The notes beneath the pieces are model-generated. The model made no database searches. It was given only the letters and a program-made list of their open reading frames with translations, and was not told the origin of the DNA. A stretch of 63,750 nucleotides of DNA, filler included, from Craspedostauros australis (taxonomy: Eukaryota): assembly GCA_030167865.1 (NCBI GenBank). It is 8 parts of 8 records of this genome, joined end to end, with 100 filler letters (N's around TTAATTAATTAA, not from the genome) between each part and the next. Parts side by side here need not be neighbours in the genome. Positions count along the whole stretch, not along the records: positions 1 to 24,628 come from JALAGF010005270.1; positions 24,729 to 38,088 come from JALAGF010005274.1; 6 more parts are not named here. One strand, 5' to 3'. Numbering within the stretch: the first letter of the stretch is position 1; each line of letters begins with the position of its first letter. Position numbers and translations under genes: made by a program. Positions 20,733 to 31,555 of the stretch are shown here, one piece after another.

Positions 20733-22274
20733 ATGCACACTTTACGAGACTACGGATCATCTCCATGCGATGTGGGCGTCGACGTTGGCGTTCAGGCCGA
20801 GGACCAGCTGGGCTGCAATCCTGCGGACGCCGTCCCTCCGCACCGATGGGCGGCAATGAATCCGCGGCGCGAACGCATCGGATTCTTCCGCGGTGATGCC
20901 CAAAGGGCGTTGGATGCCAGGATGGCTGGCAGCGCCAGTTCGCAGGGGTTCCACAAGGATGCTGCGGGATGGATCGACGGTGACGAGGATTTCACGGCAA
21001 TGGGAGAAGCAGCTCTGGCGGGACCGTCAGGCATGCCATCGTCCGCACTTGCGGACATCGCATCCGCTGCTGGGATCGATGGTTATGCGCACGACAATGC
21101 GCAGATGCCACGCCAAGCTGCTGGATCCTCGTCAACGACGGGTCCCACGACTGTGTCAGAGATGATAGACCAGGCTCCCGGCATCGCGGCAATGTTGGCG
21201 CAGAATGCGCTCGTTGGCACACCAGCCACGCCACAAGGCGCTAGTTCCGATCCTACCGAGGCGCAGTCCTTCCAGATGGCCGCAGCGCTGAGTCTGCTCC
21301 TCGATCCCGCAGTATCGTCGACTCCACAAGACCTGCGCGCCCGTCGATGTGCAGAACTTGCAATGGAAGGCCTCGTCAAGTCGCAAAACGAACGAGCCCT
21401 CGCTCTCGTCAGAGCCGAGGGCGCCACCTTCCCCAACATCAAAGCGCCCCGTACCACCAACGGCGGAAGCGCCATGGCATCAGACAATCAATTCGCGACG
21501 ACCACAGGGGAGGCGCAACAGCAGGAAGGCAAGCAGGGACGAAGGAAGCAACACAGCCGGCAGCAGAAAGACCAACGGTCCCAACATTCATTGTCGTCGT
21601 CAGCATCTGATTCATCGAAGAATGCAACCGCAGGATCGTCCCCCGTGTCAGCACCCATTCTACCGATCGTACCAGGCAAGCTCGGTGCACACGACTTCTC
21701 CAAACGCGTCGAACTCCCTGCCGCCTTCTCGCCAAAGCCCACCACGGTACTCATCGGCCGCGGCAAGCATATCGCCAAAGCCGAAGGCAACATTAATCTG
21801 GAGCGCATCGTCGATGATCACCTCGGCCTCTACAGCACGTCAGAATCGCGCATCGCCAAATCCGCCATCGTCACGAACATCATCCATCTCGTGCGTCACG
21901 CCAACGACTACGAAGGCTGCTTCGTGCGCCGCATCCCCAAGGGGGATAGCCTCTGCTACTGCGAGGTCGTAGACACTGAGGCACGCGAGAAGATCGGCAG
22001 CATCTTTCGCAACAAGATGAGCGAGAGATACCGGTCCAGCACCAAGTCGAGGGTGGCGCGGCGACGTCTCAATCGCAATATGACGTTAAGCGCCAGGCAG
22101 TATCAGAATGCTCCCGAACCGGAGAGGACTGCGGGCGATGGGTATCCTGACAAGGCGCGTCGGTCGGGTCATGCGGCGGACACGTATGCGTATGCGTATG
22201 CGCATGCGAATGTGAAATCGGATGATAGTGAGGAAGATGCGAAGGAGGTCGGTGGCCGTGCTGGTGGCAACTGA
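20733..22274 (+). CDS. DUF6824-like domain protein (diatom-expanded putative transcription regulator)
   Basis: VLIGRGK....EGNINLERIV....Y.....KSAIVTNIIHLVR.....FVRR.....EVVDTEAREKIGSIFRN...Y.SS.K matches the family pattern. The N-terminus is low-complexity and the true start is uncertain. Confidence 0.85.
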   Translation: MHTLRDYGSSPCDVGVDVGVQAEDQLGCNPADAVPPHRWAAMNPRRERIGFFRGDAQRALDARMAGSASSQGFHKDAAGWIDGDEDFTAMGEAALAGPSGMPSSALADIASAAGIDGYAHDNAQMPRQAAGSSSTTGPTTVSEMIDQAPGIAAMLAQNALVGTPATPQGASSDPTEAQSFQMAAALSLLLDPAVSSTPQDLRARRCAELAMEGLVKSQNERALALVRAEGATFPNIKAPRTTNGGSAMASDNQFATTTGEAQQQEGKQGRRKQHSRQQKDQRSQHSLSSSASDSSKNATAGSSPVSAPILPIVPGKLGAHDFSKRVELPAAFSPKPTTVLIGRGKHIAKAEGNINLERIVDDHLGLYSTSESRIAKSAIVTNIIHLVRHANDYEGCFVRRIPKGDSLCYCEVVDTEAREKIGSIFRNKMSERYRSSTKSRVARRRLNRNMTLSARQYQNAPEPERTAGDGYPDKARRSGHAADTYAYAYAHANVKSDDSEEDAKEVGGRAGGN

Positions 22275-22931
22275 GCTGAGATGGATAAAACGGAAAACGG
22301 AACGAAAGAGGACATCGAGATGCAGGACGCGAACAGCAACCATCTCATCAGCATCGGCGCTAACACCAACGCCAACGCCGACACGGATACTCAAGTCCAG
22401 GCGAGGGATGAGGGACGCCACGTCTTCCGAAACAACGCAAACCAAGTGAACTTGAGGATGATGCATAAGAAGGCGATGTCATAGAATCCGACTTGAGATC
22501 AACCTCTCACACTGTGCAGCATGGATGGCACAATCACAAACATGAACAGTATGGGCGTCATGAACAGAATGGACACAAATACGAACAGGGCACAGTGGCG
22601 GCAAGAGCCGCCGCGGAGGTAGCAGCAAAAACTGCGACAATGACAACGACAACGACAAAGGTATTGTAGACAAGAATGTGTTCAGTTTCTTCGATCATCG
22701 CCAATGCACAAGCTGCGTTGTTGCTACTCCTGACCATCATCGCATGCGAACGCTCAGCGTCTTCGGTCTGCGCATTCCAAGCCCAAGCAGGTGCTGCCAA
22801 GCCAGGCTCCATCAGACGACGACAGTCGGTGCTACCACCACTAGTATTGGAAATATCGATGATGACCAAACGCGAAAGAAATCACAGAGAACACTGCAAT
22901 ATTGACATCATCGTCACCGTCGGATGCCGTT

Positions 22932-23387
22932 ATGGATGCGAATGTGGATTTTATGCCTCAGGTCGATGCGACTGTCGAGGAGACAGATATGCGCGATACG
23001 GTCACCCTGCAAATGATGGAAATGGAGGCACGGTTCTTCAAGGTCCTCGGGTCGTTCCTTCAGAAGGTGTCTATCTTCGTCCCTGTCTTGGCCAACCTCA
23101 CGTACGATCTACTGACCAAGGAATTTGCCCATGGCATCGAGCTCATCACCGAAAGTCAGCCAATCGTCGTGGCATCGAGAGGCCGCACCGACAACGAGCT
23201 CAACGGCGTCGAAAAGGAACTCAACCAGTTCGCGCTCAGCGGGCGCGTCCCTGACACCATCATCGGCCAATGCAACTCCTTGCGTTGCAAACCAGTTGAG
23301 GAGCGCGCCAAATGCATATCGGTATCGCGATCGAGAGTTCTGTCGTTGAGTGGCGCTATCGTCATTGATATGGTCCAGTCCGTCTGA
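22932..23387 (+). CDS. Hypothetical protein (~150 aa; may have an upstream exon)
   Basis: Protein-like helical composition and C/G-ending codon bias; no recognised motif. Confidence 0.4.
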   Translation: MDANVDFMPQVDATVEETDMRDTVTLQMMEMEARFFKVLGSFLQKVSIFVPVLANLTYDLLTKEFAHGIELITESQPIVVASRGRTDNELNGVEKELNQFALSGRVPDTIIGQCNSLRCKPVEERAKCISVSRSRVLSLSGAIVIDMVQSV

Positions 23388-24672
23388 ATTGGCATTTGTT
23401 CTCGAGACCGATCAGCAGCTCCTGGTCTTTCTTAATGCCATCCAGTTGCGGATACTTTGGACGTGAGTTCTTGCTGAAATGGACGGGAGAGGAGATGCGA
23501 TGTGTGGCTGCATGCTTGTTGTTGAGTGGATGTTGTTGGGTGATGGAAGATGCCTTCCTTTTTCGCTTCCTGTACAAACTCGTGAGCAGATGAAAATTGA
23601 ATGTGATGGGATGAGTCTCGTCTCGAATCCAAACTCACCACTCATGTCCTGACGCTCTCTGTCTCTCTCCATCTGTCTATCTATCTATCTTCCTCTCATT
23701 CCTTCATCATGGACACTATCATATCCGTACGTACGTATGTACGTGAATACGTCAACAACAGTATGCTGGCCGACGCGTTCTCCGCACTCGCCATCGTCGT
23801 TCACGATCTCATCGAACCATTCCGTGGATGCTATTCTATGTTTTGCAATGTGTCAACCAACACTCAACACTGCGCCTCACACTGGATGCGCGGATTGAGG
23901 ATGATGAGCATGATGTCCGCAAACGATGCAAGACAGCGTTGTCCTCCAATGCCAAAACGAGGACGAGGGTGAGGCTGAGTACGATCGTGGGTAGTGAGAT
24001 GAGGGTGCGTGACCAGCGAGGTTTCATGTACGAGTCTGTGGATGTCATGGGACAAACCACCAATCAATCAGTTCATGAATCAATCAGTGAAGCAGAGTAT
24101 CTTGAGAGTATATATCATATAATACAATGCATACGAAGCAGCTCGATGATCCAACTTAGTATTGGCAGTGCAAAAGACGTTGGCGGATCTATTGAGAGCA
24201 GCGGACGGATGCACGAGACTCTAGAGACTGCGCAATATCCATAAAGAAATTCGTCCACGATAAAAGTCCAAAATTGTCTCAGGAGACCAAGCGGATTCGA
24301 GGGGTGCCAAAATTGGTCTCCTCAGACCAAAATCAAGCAACGCGACGTTTTATCGCGATGGCATTTTCTTCGACCACCTCGACTAAAACTATTTGTTCGC
24401 GCTCACTTTTTCCCCCCCTCACATCGTTTTTTTCGATTTCTCACAATGTCCTGGCATGCCCTCCTGTTTACTATGGCTCAATGCTTCTCCTGGATGCATT
24501 GAGCCACTTGCATCTCATCACAGTTCTTCGTATACATATGTTCGTTGCATGCTTATCCATGTCCTCCACGCTCTTCACAGGACATGATCGTTCCGCAGCG
24601 TTCTTCCTCTTGCATCACAATGATTTGTNNNNNNNNNNNNNNNNNNNNNNNNNNNNNNNNNNNNNNNNNNNN

Positions 24673-24684
24673 TTAATTAATTAA
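24673..24684. other. Artificial contig linker TTAATTAATTAA in N runs (also 38133-38144, 40885-40896, 44273-44284, 53376-53387, 56541-56552, 59707-59718)
   Basis: An identical six-frame-stop 12-mer is centred in N spacers seven times. Confidence 0.99.
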
Positions 24685-24729
24685 NNNNNNNNNNNNNNNN
24701 NNNNNNNNNNNNNNNNNNNNNNNNNNNNA

Positions 24730-27700
24730 GCGTGTGGGGCAAGCCGTCGTCATGTGTGCAAAAGGCATGCTCGAAAGCGGGCCAGATGCTGCTGGTCATG
24801 TGGAGACCGAAGTTCAGTGTTGCGTAGCGCAATGAACAGGTAGAGGACGTGGGGAGTTGTTTCGTGGATAATGCAACGATATCTGCTAAGTTAGAGCTTA
24901 GTAGTATGTCGCTCGGGCCGTCTGGATTGTTGATGTGTGTGTGTGTGTGGTGTCTGGGATGGTCGGTAGTATCGGTGTTTGTTGGTTGGCGTTGAGGTGG
25001 GCACGAGTTGTGGGCAGCACAGAGAGGAGAGAGACAAAGCAAACACAGGGTTAGGCATCATCCTCTTCTCCGCCTCCGCGCTTCGTAATTGCTTCCTGCA
25101 GGATGCGCGTGATAACGTCGGCGGCCTTTTCGCCTTGGTTCACACATTTCGCGACCTGTTTGGCTTTTGCCATCGCCACCTTCTTCTTGAAGAGATACCC
25201 GAACGGGCATCCGCTATCGCGGATCTCGTGAACCTTGCCGGACCCTCCGCAGTGCTTGCACTTCTTCCGCCCTGTTTCGGCAGGAGTGGTGTCAGTGTCA
25301 TCCTTCGGTGTCGAAGACGGGCCAGGGGTGCCGATTGTGCGCTGCTGGAATTTCTCCAGGACCTTCAGGTTGCACCAACCGCCTCGTGCTCCTTCGCGTA
25401 CGATGATGTACGTGCGAAAGATCATGAGATTGCGGGAGGACGCGAAGTTGCGTGCGTCAAAGAGAGCCTTGGCGTAGTGCTCGAGGTATACCTCGGCGGA
25501 GTCCTCCCATCCGTTGGCTGTCTTGAAGGCTTCCTCTTGGAGTTTGAGGAGGAGTTCGTGATAGTACGTCAAGAACAGCTTGAGGACGGCGACCCATCCT
25601 CCGCCTTGCTGGTAGAGAGTGATTTGCTCATCAGTGTAGCAGCCGTGGCGGAGAATGTGACCCACATCGTTGAGGTAGCGGGTCATCACGTCGTCGCGGA
25701 TGCTGTTGAAGTCACCCGCGAGTTCGCTGAGGTCTTCGGAGGTCTTGATGCGGCCGAGAGCGTGNNNNGTCTTGGTGCGCCAGTTGGAGTCGGTGGCGAT
25801 GAGACCGGCAGATCGAGCGGTTTGGTTGCGGATGTCTCCGAAGGCGGAGGCGAGTTCTTCGATGGATGTACGTTCATCGGTGACCTTACCTGGTTGGCTG
25901 GTGACGTCGATGGCGGCTTTGGCGAGTTCGGTCTGGATCTCTTGGCTGGCGTGTGGCGGGGCGAGGTGTTTGAGCATGCGTCGTTCGTTGTCGATGGCTT
26001 CGCCGAAGATCTGTTTCTTGTCGCCCTTGGACGAGTCTTCGCCCAGGAACTGTTCGATACCCATGCTGGTGGAGCCAGATGGAGCCCGCTCTGGGAGAGG
26101 GGCCGTCGCTGTTTGGGACTCGGCGGAGGTGTTTCCTGGGTACGTCGCTCCTGCCGGGTGTGGGCGGTCGTGTGACATCGGCTGGCTGTAGATGGGTGCG
26201 GTTGTCGTTGAGGCACGGAGGTAGGCATCGGCTTCGGCGAAGGAAGCACACCGAACAACTCGGGCGGTGCTTCCGGTGCCTGCTTGAGCGATGGCCTCAG
26301 CCGCCGAGGTGTATACCCCGGGGCGTCGTCCGTCGATCGCCACATACCATTCGGTGTCCGTGGTTGGGGCAGGCGCGGGAGCCAGACTCGAGGAGGGATG
26401 GCCATGTTGGAGCAGTTGCGTGATTTGCGCCTGCTGATTCGCTAGTGCCCGCAACATTGCTTGCGTGGTCTCCTCTGACTTGCGTTGGTGGAGCTCCATC
26501 GCTTCACGGTTGAGGGATGTTTGATGGCGCACCACATGCATGAGTTCGTCGGCTGCGGTGGTGGCCAGAGCAGGAGGAGAGTAGTGTGTTCCGTGCTGGG
26601 AAGAGAGGACTGGACGGGGGACGACCGGGACGGGGCGCATCAGTGGGACCGGGGGTGTGCGGCCAGATGCTCCTGGTTGGGTGGTCGGTGGCGGACCAGC
26701 GGGGTTGGTCTTGATGCGGACGGGTGGCGTCGGCTGTACGTCGATGCCGGGTCGTCCTGCCGGCTTGGTGTCGAGGTCGAATCCGACCACTCCGACGCTT
26801 TTGGCGTCGCTGTCGTTGCGTGCAGCGGCATCCGTGATGTCCATCTTGCCGACAGCTTCGAGATCGCGGAGCGCGGCGGCCCGAGTAGAGTCATAGGCGG
26901 CGCGACTCTGGTGGCTGCTCTCGATGAGATCGCGTCGGGGTGCTCCGCCAAGCGTGGTTGTGTCGAGGCATTGGTACACTCCCGGGAGTCCGCGGCGGTC
27001 AGAGTCGCGACGAAGGGTATGGTGGTTGCTGCGGCGGCACTCGCTGGCCAAGTTAGCGCAGAGTAGAGTGTGGCCATCCTCCGACTTGGAGGAGAGGCGA
27101 ACCAGGCAGATGCGGTCGTCAGCCACGACGTGTCCGATGGCCATCCCGATCCCGACTTGGTCAAGGAGAGTGTCGCTGCCCATGTCACCAGAGCGGGCGG
27201 ATCCGCTGGCCACCGAGGACACAGTCTCGACTGCGATCCCGGGCACGGACGCCGCCGGAGGCATACTGGCGAAAGCGGAGGCCTCAGACGCAAGAAGCGA
27301 GGAGAGATTGGGTGGGTCGGTCATGGTGAGGACTCAAGAAGACGGTGAAAGGCGTGAAGTGGTGTAGAAGGCGTTGTTTTGTTGCTAGGTTACCCCTGAG
27401 CAAGCGTTGCGGGAAGCGTTATCCGAAGCGAGGAGTGTGACAATTCTGTCGTCTTTTCCAAATTGTGCGCATTTCGGGTGTTGCTTGTTGCATCGCTTCT
27501 CTGCTTGTTGTTTCTCTTCTCTCTTTCTCCTTTCTCTTGCAGGTTCCTCAATCTCCTCGTGTTCGACCTCCTTCGTTTCTCATTTGCTCGAAGCGGGTCT
27601 TGGTCCGGCTTCACTATCCGATTGCATCTTCTCTGATGGGTTTGCAATTGGTGTCATCGATAGCGCATTCCGTGTTTTTGAGTTTTTGTTTGTGTGTCGA

Positions 27701-29016
27701 TTTTGTCGCCGCGGGCGATCATTTTGTGAGCTCCGCATTGCCATCAAATGGCCGTTGTCGCACATGGTTCGAATTGTCCTTACTTAGGATAATGGTCCAT
27801 GTGTGGCCGTTATAACCGTTAAGTTTGGGTCTCCATTGCGGGGTGATGCACATGGCTTGCATTCCCGTTGTGTGTCCCGTCTTCTTCCTGCGGATGATGC
27901 TCTGGAGTCGTATGGGTCGGCTGTATCAACCAGTCAATTATGTCTAGAAGTGACCCGCCTATGAAAGTACCCATGTGTACCAAATGAGAAGCACAAAGAC
28001 CGAATCATGGACGCAACGAAAATGCCGCATTTTCGATCTGCGCGAACTTTGTCTGTGGCGAAGAGAATGCTTCGCGAAACAGCCACAGCCAACGCGGCGA
28101 TGAACGGCACGCATCTGCTTTTGCCGACGTTGGCAACAAAACGGAAGATCGCGTTGGATACGACTACTTGGGTGGCAAGAGACACCTTCTCCTGACCTCT
28201 CTTGTGTGTTGTCCTGTTGGCAAGTTCCGCTCACGGTAACCTACGATCGTGGAAGATGGTGTTGGTTGATAGTCGTCTGTTTGCTATTTCATTACTTGGC
28301 TACTCCGATCCTCTCGGTGTACGCCCGTTCTCTTGCCCGATGCTCTTGGTGCTTCAATCTGTTTCGTAGATTCGGTCTCCGACTATGAGTCGGTACGTGA
28401 GATGCTCTCTCGTTCCTCTCTGTATTCTCTCTCTCTCTCTCTCTCAACATCGTGTGCTCGCGCTACACGATACTCCGTGTTCGATGTGTACTCCGTATTC
28501 GACACTCCGTTCATTCAGTACTGGCTCCTACTCCATGAGTACTTGCCATTTGAAGTTCACCTTCTGTATCCATGATGCTGATGCCCTTCGGTCATCGGAT
28601 CTTCGCCTCCTGCTCTGACTTGGAGACAGATGTCGACGTGGTGACATGATGACATCCTGTTGACGTCAGTAGGCATCCTTCTGCTCTCCAGATGTCATGT
28701 TCCATTGGTGATGCAGTAGTCTGTCAGATGATATCGTCATCTGAGGTTTAGTTGGGAAGTACCTTGAGATTCTCTTGGTACCATTGATGGATGGACGGAC
28801 GATGTTTCCGATTCTCTCAGAAATCGTCGATTGCAAATTTCCTCCAGAAATTCTGCTCATTTTCGTGTGTTCCATTTCCCCTGTAATTCTGACGAATCAC
28901 AGTATACTATCGACACGAATGTAGTTATACCGTCCAAGTGCGTATGAGAGAATAGCGGGTGAACGATGCACATATACTTGTACATCTCGACATATACTCA
29001 CATGTACATCTCGACA
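24730..29016 (-). mobile_element. Unclassified retroelement-like TE (candidate tyrosine-recombinase/DIRS-order); 5' part only, cut by the contig end
   Basis: Begins on the minus strand at 29016 with TGTCGAGATGTAC, a terminus shared with 38005 and 56416. It has a ~1.7-kb leader, a Gag-like ORF and a second open frame running into the gap. It interrupts the copia integrase exactly at 29016/29017. Confidence 0.7.
25051..27324 (-). CDS. Gag-like ORF1 (757 aa) with an RNase H1 N-terminal/caulimovirus viroplasmin domain and a C-terminal Cys/His knuckle
   Basis: WYVAIDGRRPGVYTSAAEAIAQ...FAEADAYL (26218-26349) fits the hybrid-binding domain pattern. N-terminal C-x-C-x-C-x-H cluster; C-terminal CKHCGGSGKVH...CP. 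Confidence 0.8.
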   Translation of the reverse strand: MTDPPNLSSLLASEASAFASMPPAASVPGIAVETVSSVASGSARSGDMGSDTLLDQVGIGMAIGHVVADDRICLVRLSSKSEDGHTLLCANLASECRRSNHHTLRRDSDRRGLPGVYQCLDTTTLGGAPRRDLIESSHQSRAAYDSTRAAALRDLEAVGKMDITDAAARNDSDAKSVGVVGFDLDTKPAGRPGIDVQPTPPVRIKTNPAGPPPTTQPGASGRTPPVPLMRPVPVVPRPVLSSQHGTHYSPPALATTAADELMHVVRHQTSLNREAMELHQRKSEETTQAMLRALANQQAQITQLLQHGHPSSSLAPAPAPTTDTEWYVAIDGRRPGVYTSAAEAIAQAGTGSTARVVRCASFAEADAYLRASTTTAPIYSQPMSHDRPHPAGATYPGNTSAESQTATAPLPERAPSGSTSMGIEQFLGEDSSKGDKKQIFGEAIDNERRMLKHLAPPHASQEIQTELAKAAIDVTSQPGKVTDERTSIEELASAFGDIRNQTARSAGLIATDSNWRTKXXHALGRIKTSEDLSELAGDFNSIRDDVMTRYLNDVGHILRHGCYTDEQITLYQQGGGWVAVLKLFLTYYHELLLKLQEEAFKTANGWEDSAEVYLEHYAKALFDARNFASSRNLMIFRTYIIVREGARGGWCNLKVLEKFQQRTIGTPGPSSTPKDDTDTTPAETGRKKCKHCGGSGKVHEIRDSGCPFGYLFKKKVAMAKAKQVAKCVNQGEKAADVITRILQEAITKRGGGEEDDA

Positions 29017-31470
29017 TACGTAGATGGACTGCGTACGTTCGGTGAAATAGGCATGGTCCACATCGGAGGACGAACAATCAAGGCGAAGCTGGATAACAGA
29101 TCCAAGCCAGCTATGTTCGTCGGATACGGACAATCGCATGCTAGTGGTGTATACCGAATGATGAATCTAGCTACAACAAGAATCCTGATCACAAGAGACG
29201 TGACATGGATGAACCAGTCATATGGGCAATTCAAGGGTATTACGAATGCCAACAGGTCAGTACTAGTAGACCTGGAAGATGACGACTCTACATCGGGGAT
29301 GCCTTCTCCGAATACTAGAGTAACTTAGGAGCGACGTGAGGACACCATCAAGGGAATGGAGACCGACGACGCAGATCAGAGCAGAGGAGCCGGAATTGAT
29401 ATAGATACAGAAGACGCTGCTCAAGGGCAAGATGACTTGCTCCCCACCCAAGGGGACAATGAATCGTACGATGACAATGACGATGAATCCGGAAGGGACG
29501 ACAAGAAAGGACAATACGAGTCGGCCGAGGACGAGCCAGACGAGGTCCCAGTCGCAACACCTGTTGGGCACATGCCAAGGATGCCGAAGGCTCTCGCAGG
29601 GTTCAATAATTCACCCATTCCTATGGAGGAACGAGACCAAGGATCCAGTGGGGAGTCAGAATCAGAAGAAGGAGAGAATGAGATCACTCCAACTACGACT
29701 ACCACACCATTGGCAACAGGAGGACAGAATTTCCACACGAATTGGTCAACATTCAACAGAGACGTCGCAGGCATGATGATAGACACCACTCATGGTAAGA
29801 TGAGACTCGATGACTTCATCACTGCGAGCCAAGGATTGGATCAACAATCACTCGAAGAGGGGTACGAGCATGCTAATGTCGCAATGATGCTAGACCCTAC
29901 GACATTCGAGGAGTGCTGGGATCATGCAGATCCTGAGAAGAGAAAGAAATGGCGGGAGGCCATCAATAAGGAGTTCGATGATATGACCAGAAGAGGAGTA
30001 TGGGAGAAGATCAAGATGAACCAGATGCCGAAGGATCGGCGGTGCGTGAAGACCAAATGGGTGTTCAAGGAGAAGAGGAACAGTGTGTTTCGTGCCAGAC
30101 TCGTGGCATGCGGATACTCGCAAATCGCAGGAGTCGACTTCTCAGCACACCACGCACCAGTGATACATGACGCAACCTACCGTGTTATGCTCACAATGAA
30201 GATGTTGTTACACCTGGACAGCATCATTATCGACTTTGAGACAGCATTCCTACATGGAGAACTCGAAGAAGAGATCTACATGCGATGCCCGAAGGGCATG
30301 AAGCACGAAGCCGACGAATGCCTGCTACTCAAGAAAACCATCTACGGACTCGTGCAGAGTGCCAGACAATGGAACAAAGAGCTGGTCGACATCCTACTCA
30401 AACTGGGGTTTAGACAGAGCACTGTAGATCCATGCCTCCTGATTCGGGATCAGGAAGGGAGACTGCTGCTGATCGGAACCTACGTTGACGACTGCCTATG
30501 CATCGGAGATGAACAGGAGTTGAAGAGGCTAGTAAGGGATATCAAGGCAGAGCGGTTCGGAGTCAAGGTGGAAGAGGATCTTGAAGACTATCTCAGTTGC
30601 AGGATCATGTTCAACCACGACCACACGAACTGCTGGGTGAACCAACCGCACATCATCAAGAACATCACCGAGACGTTCAAGGACGATGTGATGAAGCTAC
30701 AACGGTACGGTACACTAGGAACACCAGGGCAAGGCATCCAGAGGGAAAGCGACTCGCCCAAGGTGGACAAGGAATGGCACAGCAGATACCAAAGCGGAGT
30801 AGGTATGCTGCTATACTTGGTGAAGCACTCTCAACCCAACATCGCCAACGCAGTACGAGAACTGAACAAGGTGTTGGACAGACCAACAGCTGTAGCATAC
30901 AAGGAAATGCTAAGGGTCATGAAGTTCGTGTCGGACACGAGAGAGTATGGACTGAAGATGAAGCCCAGTCCATTGGAGAACGATGCATGGAAGATTGTCA
31001 TATACACCGACAGCGAGTTCGCTGGCGACAAGGACAATCGCATCAGCGTAGGAGGACACGTCGTCTTACTACAAGGAGTGCCAATCATCTGGAGATCGAA
31101 GGCACAACGCAGCGTGACACTGAGTTCAACGGAAGCAGAGTACGTTGCACTATCGGAGGCCGGAAAGGAGATCCGCTTCCTCACCCAACTGATGAGAGAC
31201 ATCGGGTTGGAGATGCACAGACCAGCAGACGTGATGGTTGACAACGTGGGAGCAATCTTCATCGCTTCCAACCCATCCACATCCGCCAGAACCAGACACA
31301 TCGACATACGACATCACTTCATTCGAGAACTGATTGCGAACAGAGAGGCTAGAGCCTGGTTCGTACGTTCAGAGGACAACATCGCAGACGGATTCACCAA
31401 GAACACGAAGAAGGAGATCTACGACAGACACAAGGGCGATATCATCCAGCCAAGGTCAGAATTGGACTAA
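29017..31470 (+). pseudogene. Copia pol remnant with an in-frame nonsense codon at 29326-29328
   Basis: ORFs 28966..29328 and 29356..31470 share a frame. The TAG aligns with TGG (Trp) in the second copy (GTG ACT TGG at ~38574-38582). Confidence 0.9.
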
Positions 31471-31555
31471 TGGAACAGAAAGAAGGATGGTGGTGATGAA
31501 GGGCAAGGGAGCGTGGAGTCAAGAATGATATATTGTCGATGCGACAATGGAAGGG

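Noticed and set aside
2441..26175. Long antisense ORFs (2441..3199, 10972..12285, 13298..14287, 18635..19462, 24979..26175)
   Set aside because: Shadows of GC3-biased genes on the opposite strand, with no motifs of their own.
28772..28788. tRNA-iMet-like primer-binding site (minus strand CA-A-TGGTACCAAGAG)
   Set aside because: Only a partial match to TGGTATCAGAGC, with no supporting inverted LTR end.
28966..29016. Shared N-terminal peptide MHIY.YISTYTHMYIST on the copia and piggyBac ORFs
   Set aside because: It is the translation of the inserted terminus in antisense, not a protein domain.
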